64,000 bases of DNA, taken from the IMG/VR virus record IMGVR_UViG_3300045988_159113; one strand, 5' to 3'. This DNA comes from a virus. The translations under genes were made by a program, and so were the position numbers. Shown here piece by piece: positions 35,594-43,111 of the stretch. The notes beneath the pieces were generated by a model that was not told where the DNA came from, searched no databases, and worked only from the letters and a program-made list of their open reading frames with translations. Position 1 is the stretch's first letter, and each line of letters starts with the position of its first letter.

Positions 35594-36811
35594 ATGGCAG
35601 AAATTATTTCAGATTTTAAGAATGGCGCTCCTGTTATTGCAAGGGGAACAGAGTTTGTAGACAACAAAGTTGCACTTTTACACGACAAGAAGAGGTCAAC
35701 AAAAATGTTGGTAGAGGTCTCAGAAAAGACTCTCCCGTATATAGCATTTGCTAATACGATGGGTGCATATGTGATCAAGTCGCAGTATACCGAGGATGAG
35801 CTTTTCTATCTTATGAACACTATGGGAACCGGCAGTTTCCCGTATACATTCGAGAGGCGATACGAAGCAATGGACAGCTTCAACCTCTTCAATGGTCATG
35901 AGGTGATAGAGAAGGATATCGAATTTGAACTGGCTAAGTTCATGCCTTACACTTTTGGTATTGAGTACGAAACGTCTATGGGATATATTCCTCAGGATGT
36001 TTGTTTCAGAAATGGTCTCATCCCTTTGAGGGATGGGTCCATCTCTGGCTTGGAGTATTCAACAACCGTGATGCAGGGAAACGATGGACTCAATCTTGTC
36101 TATCAGCAGCTTGAGGCTCTGCGTAAGTTTACCTATTTCAACAAGGAGTGTTCCCTTCATGTTCATATGGGAGGCTATCCTATTGATCCTATGGCGATCT
36201 ATGCCTTATATAGAGTTTGCTATTTCTTGCAGGAAGAGATGGCAGAGTTCTTGCCCGACTGGACTTTCGAGACTTCCAAGTATAAGAAGAGCGGGAAGGA
36301 CTATTGCCATAAGCTCGCAAACTACAAGACATTTGGCGAGCTCTATGAGAATATCGCACAGCAGAAGTTCATGGGAAGCCTGGAGCAGCCGCATCCAAGA
36401 GATGAGGAGAGAAGCCATAAGTGGGATTGCACAAGCAGATACACATGCGTCAACTTGTTGAACCTCATGTGTTATGACAAGTGCAAGACTGCGGAGTTCC
36501 GATTCCTGCGTCCTACCTATAACTTCAAGAAGATCTATTACTGGCTCGCAATCTTCAATGCCATACTCAAGTATAGCGAAGACCTCTTCGCTAAGAGTGA
36601 CAAGACAGAGAAGGGTATCGAGCAGTTGATCTATGACGACAACACCTCCATCTATCTAATTGCCAGCTCGGTTTATCCCAAACCTCTGGCAGATAAGATC
36701 GAGGATTTCGTCAACAAGCTGTATGTAGCAGTAGGTAATCAGAGAACAAACGGTGATCTCTATGGCAAAGATACGGCTATTGAGGATGCCATTATCGGGA
36801 CCAGGTTATGA
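35594..36811 (+). CDS. Amidoligase_2-family (glutamine synthetase-like) amidoligase
   Basis: FGIEYETSMGYIP...RDGSISGLEYST...CSLHVHMGGYP...AEFRFLRPT. Confidence 0.65.
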   Translation: MAEIISDFKNGAPVIARGTEFVDNKVALLHDKKRSTKMLVEVSEKTLPYIAFANTMGAYVIKSQYTEDELFYLMNTMGTGSFPYTFERRYEAMDSFNLFNGHEVIEKDIEFELAKFMPYTFGIEYETSMGYIPQDVCFRNGLIPLRDGSISGLEYSTTVMQGNDGLNLVYQQLEALRKFTYFNKECSLHVHMGGYPIDPMAIYALYRVCYFLQEEMAEFLPDWTFETSKYKKSGKDYCHKLANYKTFGELYENIAQQKFMGSLEQPHPRDEERSHKWDCTSRYTCVNLLNLMCYDKCKTAEFRFLRPTYNFKKIYYWLAIFNAILKYSEDLFAKSDKTEKGIEQLIYDDNTSIYLIASSVYPKPLADKIEDFVNKLYVAVGNQRTNGDLYGKDTAIEDAIIGTRL

Positions 36812-37077
36812 ACGAGTCAGATTTTATTGAGAGAGAATTAAACCTTTTAATGGACGAAATGTCCAACTTACATATTAACGAATTTAATTTTGACGATTAT
36901 GCCGAGGAAGAAGAAGAATCAGCAACCAGTGAGTCAGCCAGTACAGATGGCGAATGTGTATGTGGAGAGAGTGGAGAGTTATGTCTCGAGGGATCCGAGT
37001 GTTTGGACGAAGACCTTGAAGGAGAAGAAGATTTTGAAGACACAGAGGAGGATCCACAAGCATTCCTTGAAGAGTAA
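36808..37077 (+). CDS. highly acidic small protein (89 aa) ending ...AFLEE
   Basis: ATGA coupling to the amidoligase. Rich in E/D with C..C..C cysteines (GECVCGESGELCLEGSEC). Confidence 0.65.
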   Translation: MNESDFIERELNLLMDEMSNLHINEFNFDDYAEEEEESATSESASTDGECVCGESGELCLEGSECLDEDLEGEEDFEDTEEDPQAFLEE

Positions 37078-37294
37078 GACCTCAGCTCCATGGAGAGAGA
37101 TTCCAGTATACGGAAAGGTTATTCTGTACTTGAAGCCTGGACCTCTTGACAAGGAGAATTTCAAATCTACCGTTTCATTCAAGTGTGGACAGGCTGACAT
37201 TCCGGAGATCGTGAACAAGAGAAAAAATCAACTCATCAAGTACTTCTGGAATGGCCGCACTTACTTTCCGGGCGAGTTTCCATTTTGGCATTGA
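37067..37294 (+). CDS. hypothetical protein; start uncertain (TTG at 37067 proposed)
   Basis: The part of ORF 36890..37294 downstream of the acidic gene looks coding (PWREIPVYGKVILYLKPGPLDKENF...) but has no ATG after 36947. The TTG at 37067 is in frame. Confidence 0.4.
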   Translation: MKSKTSAPWREIPVYGKVILYLKPGPLDKENFKSTVSFKCGQADIPEIVNKRKNQLIKYFWNGRTYFPGEFPFWH

Positions 37295-37296
37295 TT

Positions 37297-37464
37297 ATGT
37301 ACAAATACAAGATCACTATAAGTATGGAAAACTACGGGTCAATCTATACCATGAGTGAAATCATCGTCAGATCAAACATCAAATACGAAGATGAACTCGA
37401 GGAAATAGAAGATGACCAGAGTATCGTGAAGTATATAAAAACAAGAGAAAGAATTTATGAATAA
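37297..37464 (+). CDS. possible small protein (55 aa, MYKYKITISMENYGSIYTMSEII...)
   Basis: Fills the 37294-37457 gap. Its stop overlaps the next ATG by 8 nt. Confidence 0.4.
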   Translation: MYKYKITISMENYGSIYTMSEIIVRSNIKYEDELEEIEDDQSIVKYIKTRERIYE

Positions 37465-37936
37465 AGAAATCGTTCAGTATTATACTGATAAGTTCAAGGA
37501 TTTCAAGGGGAATGAGCGATCGTTTTGTATCGCTCTTGTATCAAGACCTGTGAAGTTAGCGAAAGAGTTTCGTGATGTTGTCGCTGGTTTTGCTGTTTGC
37601 CATGAACAGGATGAGTTCTCGCCTGAGGTTGGGAAGAAAATCGCATACAACAAAGCTACCAGCGGTGACCAGAAACTCACCATGGTTTGCCATGGGTCAA
37701 TGATGACATGCGAGATAGGCGAGTTGATACTCAAAACACTTGCCAAGTATTTCATCAGCAACCCAGAGTTTCAAATCAGCGGATACCTCGATATGCAAAA
37801 AGCATATGAGAAAGCCAAAGAGACCGAGAGTCAGGAAAAGGAACTCACCAGTGTAGAACTTGATACTCTTCATTACCTTAGATCATTGGACGAAGATAAG
37901 CTGAAGCTAATGATCAAGTTGGTAAATGAAAAATAA
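37457..37936 (+). CDS. hypothetical protein
   Basis: 159-aa ORF. The AGFAVCHEQDEFSPEVGKKIAYNKA motif is shared in outline with 8939..9298. Confidence 0.6.
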   Translation: MNKEIVQYYTDKFKDFKGNERSFCIALVSRPVKLAKEFRDVVAGFAVCHEQDEFSPEVGKKIAYNKATSGDQKLTMVCHGSMMTCEIGELILKTLAKYFISNPEFQISGYLDMQKAYEKAKETESQEKELTSVELDTLHYLRSLDEDKLKLMIKLVNEK

Positions 37937-38237
37937 ATCGCTCAAAATCGCCGTGGTGGTGTTGGTTCTTATCAACATCGCCATGGCGTTCACCTTGCAT
38001 CTTGCATATACCAAGCGGAAGGTTGAACCAAGAACAGATACATTGTATATCACACGTGATATACTGATAGAAAAGATCGACACGATTCGGGATTCAATAA
38101 TTAGGATAGATGAAAAATTTCGGGCTGATTATGATGTTATTATTAGCCAGCCTGTCGATTCCGACTACCTGTTTTTCACAAGATATTTGCAAGGACAGTT
38201 TGGTGGTGATAACGGCGAAGCAACTAAAGCAAACTAA
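37926..38237 (+). CDS. membrane protein (N-terminal TM)
   Basis: IAVVVLVLINIAMAFTLHLAY transmembrane segment. The last 128 nt overlap the next ORF in another frame. Confidence 0.5.
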   Translation: MKNKSLKIAVVVLVLINIAMAFTLHLAYTKRKVEPRTDTLYITRDILIEKIDTIRDSIIRIDEKFRADYDVIISQPVDSDYLFFTRYLQGQFGGDNGEATKAN

Positions 38238-38514
38238 CATTATATTCCTCGAACACAGAAGGCTCAAAGAACGAGACTCTGCCATGATCAAACAAATTGA
38301 CGAGATGGATAGATTGCTTGCTGTTTACAACAACATCGATTCCATAAACAAGCAGCAGTTGTCAAGTTTCAAAAAGCAAATAGAAGATCAGAACAAGACC
38401 ATAGATGATATGAGTTCTAAACTGATCAAGAGCAAGAAGAAAAACAGACGAAAGAATTTCGTTCTTGGAGTTCTGAGCGTTGCTCTTGTTTCTATTTTTG
38501 CGTTCGTTCGATGA
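38110..38514 (+). CDS. secreted/membrane coiled-coil protein with N-terminal signal sequence and C-terminal TM
   Basis: MKNFGLIMMLLLASLSIPTTCFSQ..., a central heptad-like region, and a C-terminal NFVLGVLSVALVSIFAFV. Confidence 0.55.
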   Translation: MKNFGLIMMLLLASLSIPTTCFSQDICKDSLVVITAKQLKQTNIIFLEHRRLKERDSAMIKQIDEMDRLLAVYNNIDSINKQQLSSFKKQIEDQNKTIDDMSSKLIKSKKKNRRKNFVLGVLSVALVSIFAFVR

Positions 38515-38822
38515 TATGTTATGCGCAGTTAGTGGCTAAAGAGACAGACTATGCGGATTATACCACATATGTCTTTCGAGTTTTAGATGAAGTTATAATA
38601 AATGAGATTAAATCTCTTTATGTTATGTGTGTCCAATGGCCGAACTGGCAACAGGACAAGATAGAACTTGGCGACAAGGGATATCTAAAATATAAAGAGG
38701 TGAGAGCAGGAGTAGATGAGTGGTATGATGGGACTGCGCACAATTTCTATAAATACAGCAACGTGGTCTTTGAAAAATTTGTGAAGTGCGAAGCCCTGAA
38801 TACCAAAGAGGTTTTATTATAA
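38511..38822 (+). CDS. hypothetical protein
   Basis: 103-aa ORF with ATGA coupling. Confidence 0.55.
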   Translation: MICYAQLVAKETDYADYTTYVFRVLDEVIINEIKSLYVMCVQWPNWQQDKIELGDKGYLKYKEVRAGVDEWYDGTAHNFYKYSNVVFEKFVKCEALNTKEVLL

Positions 38823-39748
38823 TGAACAAAACAGTTATGACAATTATGGAAAACAAGCTGAACAGCGCGAAAGAGTCTCGTAATGATGTAGTGAATACAG
38901 AAGCACAGGATATTACAAAATTCGTGTGGAAGGGACAGAAGGAAGATATCGAAGGTGTACGATATCAGGGAGAGATTAGAATGGTTGACGCGTCTGATGA
39001 ACAGCTATCCATATTTTACAAGCATTGCCAGTCGATGCTGTACAATACAGATTCTAACAATCCGGGAAGGACAGTTCTGATTAAGATGATCCAGGAGGAT
39101 CGCGAGAAGTGTAACGCTGAGCTGTATATGCGTTACCTTGATGGGACCTATCTTCCAGATGAGAAGAGAGCAAGATATCCTCGGTTTATGTATCTTTCTG
39201 ATCTCAATAAATACCTCAGCCGCAACACCGACAAGTACGCGCCTGGTAGTTATGACAAGATTGAGATTTCAGAATTTACCGAAGGGATACCTGTCGAATT
39301 CTCTAACTTAAAAATATCAATGGTTAAGGATGCCTGTGAAGGTGTGCTTGGTAAGATCCACAAAAAGCCTATCACTCTGACGTTCTTGACGCGAATGGGA
39401 ATTTGGCTTTCTCCTGATGAGATGCGAGATCTCACAGAGAAAGACCCGAAGACTGGAAAGGTTCGTGATCGCATGGAAGTCATCCGTGAGAGGTTGGGAT
39501 TGAAGCAGACAATCCGTCTGCATGTAAATGAGACAGGACTCACATATAAGGAGTTTATGTCTATGGTGACGTTAAAGGAACAGACATTCAACAACCTCAC
39601 AACTAACCAGCTTATCATTCTAAGGGAGAAGATCCTTTTCCGTGTGGAGAATATGATCAGCTATCAGATTGATTTCTGGATGAATAAGATGAGAGAGTTG
39701 GAGCTTGTCGCAAATTCTCATGGTTGGAGCTTTGAAAAGGAAGATTAA
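38822..39748 (+). CDS. hypothetical protein
   Basis: ORF 38786..39748. The ATG at 38822 forms a TAATG overlap. Confidence 0.6.
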   Translation: MNKTVMTIMENKLNSAKESRNDVVNTEAQDITKFVWKGQKEDIEGVRYQGEIRMVDASDEQLSIFYKHCQSMLYNTDSNNPGRTVLIKMIQEDREKCNAELYMRYLDGTYLPDEKRARYPRFMYLSDLNKYLSRNTDKYAPGSYDKIEISEFTEGIPVEFSNLKISMVKDACEGVLGKIHKKPITLTFLTRMGIWLSPDEMRDLTEKDPKTGKVRDRMEVIRERLGLKQTIRLHVNETGLTYKEFMSMVTLKEQTFNNLTTNQLIILREKILFRVENMISYQIDFWMNKMRELELVANSHGWSFEKED

Positions 39749-39837
39749 TGACAAGAAGTGAGAGACAGGAGTTGTGCGTTGACAATTGGATACGCGCAGG
39801 AGGACGGGCCGCCATCGTGGGCAGCACTGGGTTCGGT
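39748..39837 (+). CDS. SF2 (ResIII/DEAH-type) helicase, exon 1 (30 codons ending ...IVGSTGFG)
   Basis: TAATG-coupled ATG. MTRSERQELCVDNWIRAGGRAAIVGSTGFG supplies the first half of Walker A. The frame then hits TAA after 6 codons. Confidence 0.6.
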
Positions 39838-40042
39838 GACTTGTTGCCGTTCCGATAAAGAAATTTTCGGAATTATCATTGGGTGAAATCGGCGAATCAC
39901 AGGAACGCCGAGATTTAAATATTGTACAGCGTAAAGATTGAAATAACATCTTCAAGAGCATCCAACACCGTATAGGTGAAAACGTACGCGGAAGAACCCC
40001 AGAAGTGGGTGATTGGATAAAAAGCCAATCTGAAAATCTTTG
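39838..40042 (+). ncRNA. candidate group I-like self-splicing intron (205 nt) interrupting the helicase Walker A motif
   Basis: Removal joins TGFG to KTRVAILAI. Exon 1 ends in U and the element ends in G. Stops occur in all three frames. Several 5-6 bp local helices are visible by eye. Confidence 0.5.
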
Positions 40043-41200
40043 AAAACCCGAGTCGCTATCCTGGCAATTAAGCGCGTCCTTACAAAATATCCTGACTTCA
40101 AAACTCTTGTGGTTGTCCCTTCTACAAACCTAAAAGACCAATGGGAAGAAAACCTGAGACAATGGAATCTCGAAAAGTCATGTGTCGTTCGTGTGATTAA
40201 TACGGTCATCATGCATAGGTGGAAATGTGATATTCTTATCATAGATGAGTTACATCTTATACCTAGCGAGAACCGCATCAGTGTATTCAACAAGGTCGAG
40301 TATAAACTCGTGCTCGGCCTTACCGCAACCTATGAAAGGCTAGATGGCAGGGAGTCATTACTGGATAGATACTGTCCAGTATGTGATGAAATAACAATGT
40401 CTGATGTTATAGCTAACCACTGGGTGGCAGACTATGTTGAATATGAGGTTCTCATAGATGTGGATAATCTCAGCGAGTACGAGGAGATACAAAGAAAATG
40501 GACTCAACACTTCGAGTTCTTCTCGTTTGATTTCCAGCTTATGATGAAAATGAATGGGCCAGAAGGTTTTAAGTGCAGGCAAGAGTTCGCAAAAGCTCTA
40601 TGTACTAAACCCGCACAGTATAAAGAGATGCTGAAAACTGTAACGCTCCATGCTATAGGAGCAATGCAAGCAATGCAACAGAAAAAAGCATTTCTGAATA
40701 ACCATTCAAAAAAGATCGAGCTCACACGGAAGATAATCGAAGCACGACCTAATGCGAAGATCATAACCTTCTCAAACAATATAAAGATGGCGGAAGCTAT
40801 CGGTATTGGTGGAGTGGTTAGTGGTAAAGAATCGAAGAAGAAGAACCGGACAACACTTGAAAAATTCGCCAAAGCAGATAGTGGAGTTGTGAATAGCAGC
40901 AAACTGTTGGTAGCTGGTGCGGATATTCCAGGTGTTAATTGTCTTATCATCCTCGGGCACGATTCAAGCACTACAAGAGCAACGCAAGCAAGAGGTCGAG
41001 GCATACGTGTTGAAGGTGATAAGTTCACGGAAATTTTTAATCTTGTTATCAATGATACGCAAGAAACGAAATGGTGTGAATCAGCCCACAAGAATTCTGA
41101 AATGGTCAGGATTGATGAGGCTAATCTTGAAAAGGTTTTGAAGCATGAGCCTTTCGAAACCTATAAGAGACCACTCGAAAAGTTTAACTATAGATTTTGA
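40043..41200 (+). CDS. SF2 (ResIII/DEAH-type) helicase, exon 2
   Basis: KTRVAILAI (rest of Walker A), ILIIDELHLI (DExH), LGLTATYER (motif III), QARGRGIR (motif VI). No ATG is available; the ORF track used the TTG at 40040. Confidence 0.75.
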   Translation, partial: KTRVAILAIKRVLTKYPDFKTLVVVPSTNLKDQWEENLRQWNLEKSCVVRVINTVIMHRWKCDILIIDELHLIPSENRISVFNKVEYKLVLGLTATYERLDGRESLLDRYCPVCDEITMSDVIANHWVADYVEYEVLIDVDNLSEYEEIQRKWTQHFEFFSFDFQLMMKMNGPEGFKCRQEFAKALCTKPAQYKEMLKTVTLHAIGAMQAMQQKKAFLNNHSKKIELTRKIIEARPNAKIITFSNNIKMAEAIGIGGVVSGKESKKKNRTTLEKFAKADSGVVNSSKLLVAGADIPGVNCLIILGHDSSTTRATQARGRGIRVEGDKFTEIFNLVINDTQETKWCESAHKNSEMVRIDEANLEKVLKHEPFETYKRPLEKFNYRF

Positions 41201-41204
41201 CAAG

Positions 41205-41345
41205 ATGATAACAGAAAGAATGCTTGAGCTTTTGATATTACAGAGCATACTTCAAAAAGGAGTAGGCCGTGAATATAAAGAGAGCAGAATGTGGGATAGG
41301 TACCACAAATTAAAAGCAGAATTCCTAAAACCATACCGCATTTAA
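41205..41345 (+). CDS. possible small protein (46 aa)
   Basis: ATG lies 5 nt after the helicase stop, within ORF 41145..41345. Confidence 0.35.
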   Translation: MITERMLELLILQSILQKGVGREYKESRMWDRYHKLKAEFLKPYRI

Positions 41346-41405
41346 ACCATAGACTCCAAAATGCGGGGACTAGATCAGCACATCAAACTTTAAACAAACT
41401 AACCA

Positions 41406-42023
41406 GTGCTGACTTATACTTTAACATTCGAAAATGAGCTCGCAGCGATGCGACGCTATGGAATAACACCAGACGAGTTATATATTGCGCGTTTGATCCT
41501 GATGTGTAAAGATTCAAGTATAGGTGTCAACTATATGAATCAATACCTCGAGACGTCAGAAGACGCAAGAAAAATAGTTCGTCCAGTGTTGAAGAACTTA
41601 CAAGAAAAGGGAATCATTCTCAAATCTTTCGATCCAGAACAGGAGAAGATTGTTCCAGCAGATATACCGTTCAATAAAAACGCGACTAAGTTTTTCTATC
41701 GTGCAGCGTTTGATATGGGAAAAGAACTTTTCGATGTCTATCCCAAGTATGCAATGATAGATGGAAACTGCGTTTCTATTTCCGGTGTCAGCAAACGGTT
41801 CAACTCTCAAGAAGACGCATTCAATTTCTACGGTCGAGAGATTAGATGGAACCCAGAAACTCACAACCATATTGTAGAGATTACAAAATGGGCAGCTGAG
41901 AATACAAGAATGATAAATTGCGTGTTTAGTAGTTATATCATCGACCATAGATGGGAATTCATCGAGTCGATGAGAAACGGCGAACAGGGCAACGTTAATT
42001 TTGACACAATTCGTATGCTCTGA
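41406..42023 (+). CDS. hypothetical protein (position suggests a replication-associated role)
   Basis: 205-aa ORF with a GTG start. Its stop overlaps the DnaB-like helicase start. Confidence 0.55.
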   Translation: MLTYTLTFENELAAMRRYGITPDELYIARLILMCKDSSIGVNYMNQYLETSEDARKIVRPVLKNLQEKGIILKSFDPEQEKIVPADIPFNKNATKFFYRAAFDMGKELFDVYPKYAMIDGNCVSISGVSKRFNSQEDAFNFYGREIRWNPETHNHIVEITKWAAENTRMINCVFSSYIIDHRWEFIESMRNGEQGNVNFDTIRML

Positions 42024-43111
42024 TGGTCGTTGATTCACTACTTGCACAAATAGAAAATGGACGAGCTGGTCATAGTCAAGGGATAAGTATGGGCCTGCCT
42101 AAATTGGAGGGCATCATTGACGGAGTAACCAGACAAACATATAGCATTGTTTTCGGCCAAAGTTCGACAGGTAAGACGAGTTTGGCTATTTATGCTTATG
42201 TTTATCGTCCATGCATGGAACATTTAGAAGACGAAGATTTCCACGTGATCTATTACTCGTTAGAGATCAGCGCCGAATTACTAATGGCGAAATTATTATC
42301 CATTTATATCTTCGAGAAGTATCACGTGGAACTCTCAACAAAAGATATCCTATCACGCACAAAAGGCGGACTTTTGTCTGATGAATATTTTCATATCGTC
42401 GAAGAATGTATCCCATGGCTGCGAAGAATAGAAAGTATGATTACGATTTTCGATGGCTCTTTGAATGCTCAGACTTTATATTCAACGCTCGTAAATGAGC
42501 TAGCAAAAGCCGGGCAGTTCGTGGAGGAAGAGGGAAGGAAAAAATACATCCCTAATAATCCCAAACAAATTGTCGTCGTGGTTATTGATCATATGAATCT
42601 ATTGACACATACAATGGGGCGAACAATCAAACAAGAGATTGACCTAGCAAGTCAACAGCTTGTTGGCCTCAGGAATATGTGCGGAATCTCCCCTGTTGCT
42701 ATCATGCAGGCAAACAGGGACTCTATGTCTATGTCTCGCCGTGATATGTTAGGCTCTGGCGACTGTCGGATTTCAGATATCCGAGACAGTGCTGGCCCCT
42801 CACAAGACGCGGAAATAGTTATCGGTATATATAACCCGTTTAGGGATAAGATCGCTAATTATAGAGGCTATGACATCAAACAATTGCAGGATGTATTCAG
42901 AAGTATCACCGTATTGAAAAATCGATATGGTGAATCAGAAGTTGCTGATTGCATTTGTTTCTACGGTAAGATCGGGATGTTTGTTGAACCGCCAACACCC
43001 GACAAGATTTATGATTACAGTAAGTTCCAAAGTCCGCTATGGACATTGGAACCAAAACAAGATGAAGAAAATGAAGATGATAAACCTAAAACTTTAAACT
43101 TTACGTTATGA
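42023..43111 (+). CDS. DnaB-like replicative helicase (RecA-fold C-terminal domain)
   Basis: GISMGLPKLE...IVFGQSSTGKTSLAIY (Walker A), VVVIDHMNLL (Walker B), IMQANRD. Confidence 0.75.
   Translation: MVVDSLLAQIENGRAGHSQGISMGLPKLEGIIDGVTRQTYSIVFGQSSTGKTSLAIYAYVYRPCMEHLEDEDFHVIYYSLEISAELLMAKLLSIYIFEKYHVELSTKDILSRTKGGLLSDEYFHIVEECIPWLRRIESMITIFDGSLNAQTLYSTLVNELAKAGQFVEEEGRKKYIPNNPKQIVVVVIDHMNLLTHTMGRTIKQEIDLASQQLVGLRNMCGISPVAIMQANRDSMSMSRRDMLGSGDCRISDIRDSAGPSQDAEIVIGIYNPFRDKIANYRGYDIKQLQDVFRSITVLKNRYGESEVADCICFYGKIGMFVEPPTPDKIYDYSKFQSPLWTLEPKQDEENEDDKPKTLNFTL

Noticed and set aside
36084-36461. Alternate-frame + ORFs inside recognised genes (36084..36461, 6528..6881, 25657..25974, 31301..31546, 32948..33220, 43328..43555, 49930..50136)
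   Set aside because: Each is nested in a gene whose own frame carries conserved catalytic motifs. Their translations are compositionally odd (S/L/R-rich).
39838-40042. Alternative explanations for the helicase interruption: intein, two-subunit split gene, or translational bypass
   Set aside because: - Intein: excluded by stops in all three frames of the insert.
- Split gene: a split exactly between GFG and KT of the P-loop would leave neither half functional, and exon 2 has no start codon.
- Translational bypass: known bypassing (T4 gene 60) spans about 50 nt, not 205 nt.
- A sequencing or assembly insertion cannot be excluded without reads.
40504-41091. 195-aa minus-strand ORF (and 39620..40293 minus ORFs) opposite the helicase locus
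   Set aside because: It is antisense to an ORF that carries the ordered SF2 motifs (DExH, TAT, QxxGRxxR). The translation is S/F/L-rich with no features. Every supported gene in the window is on the + strand.
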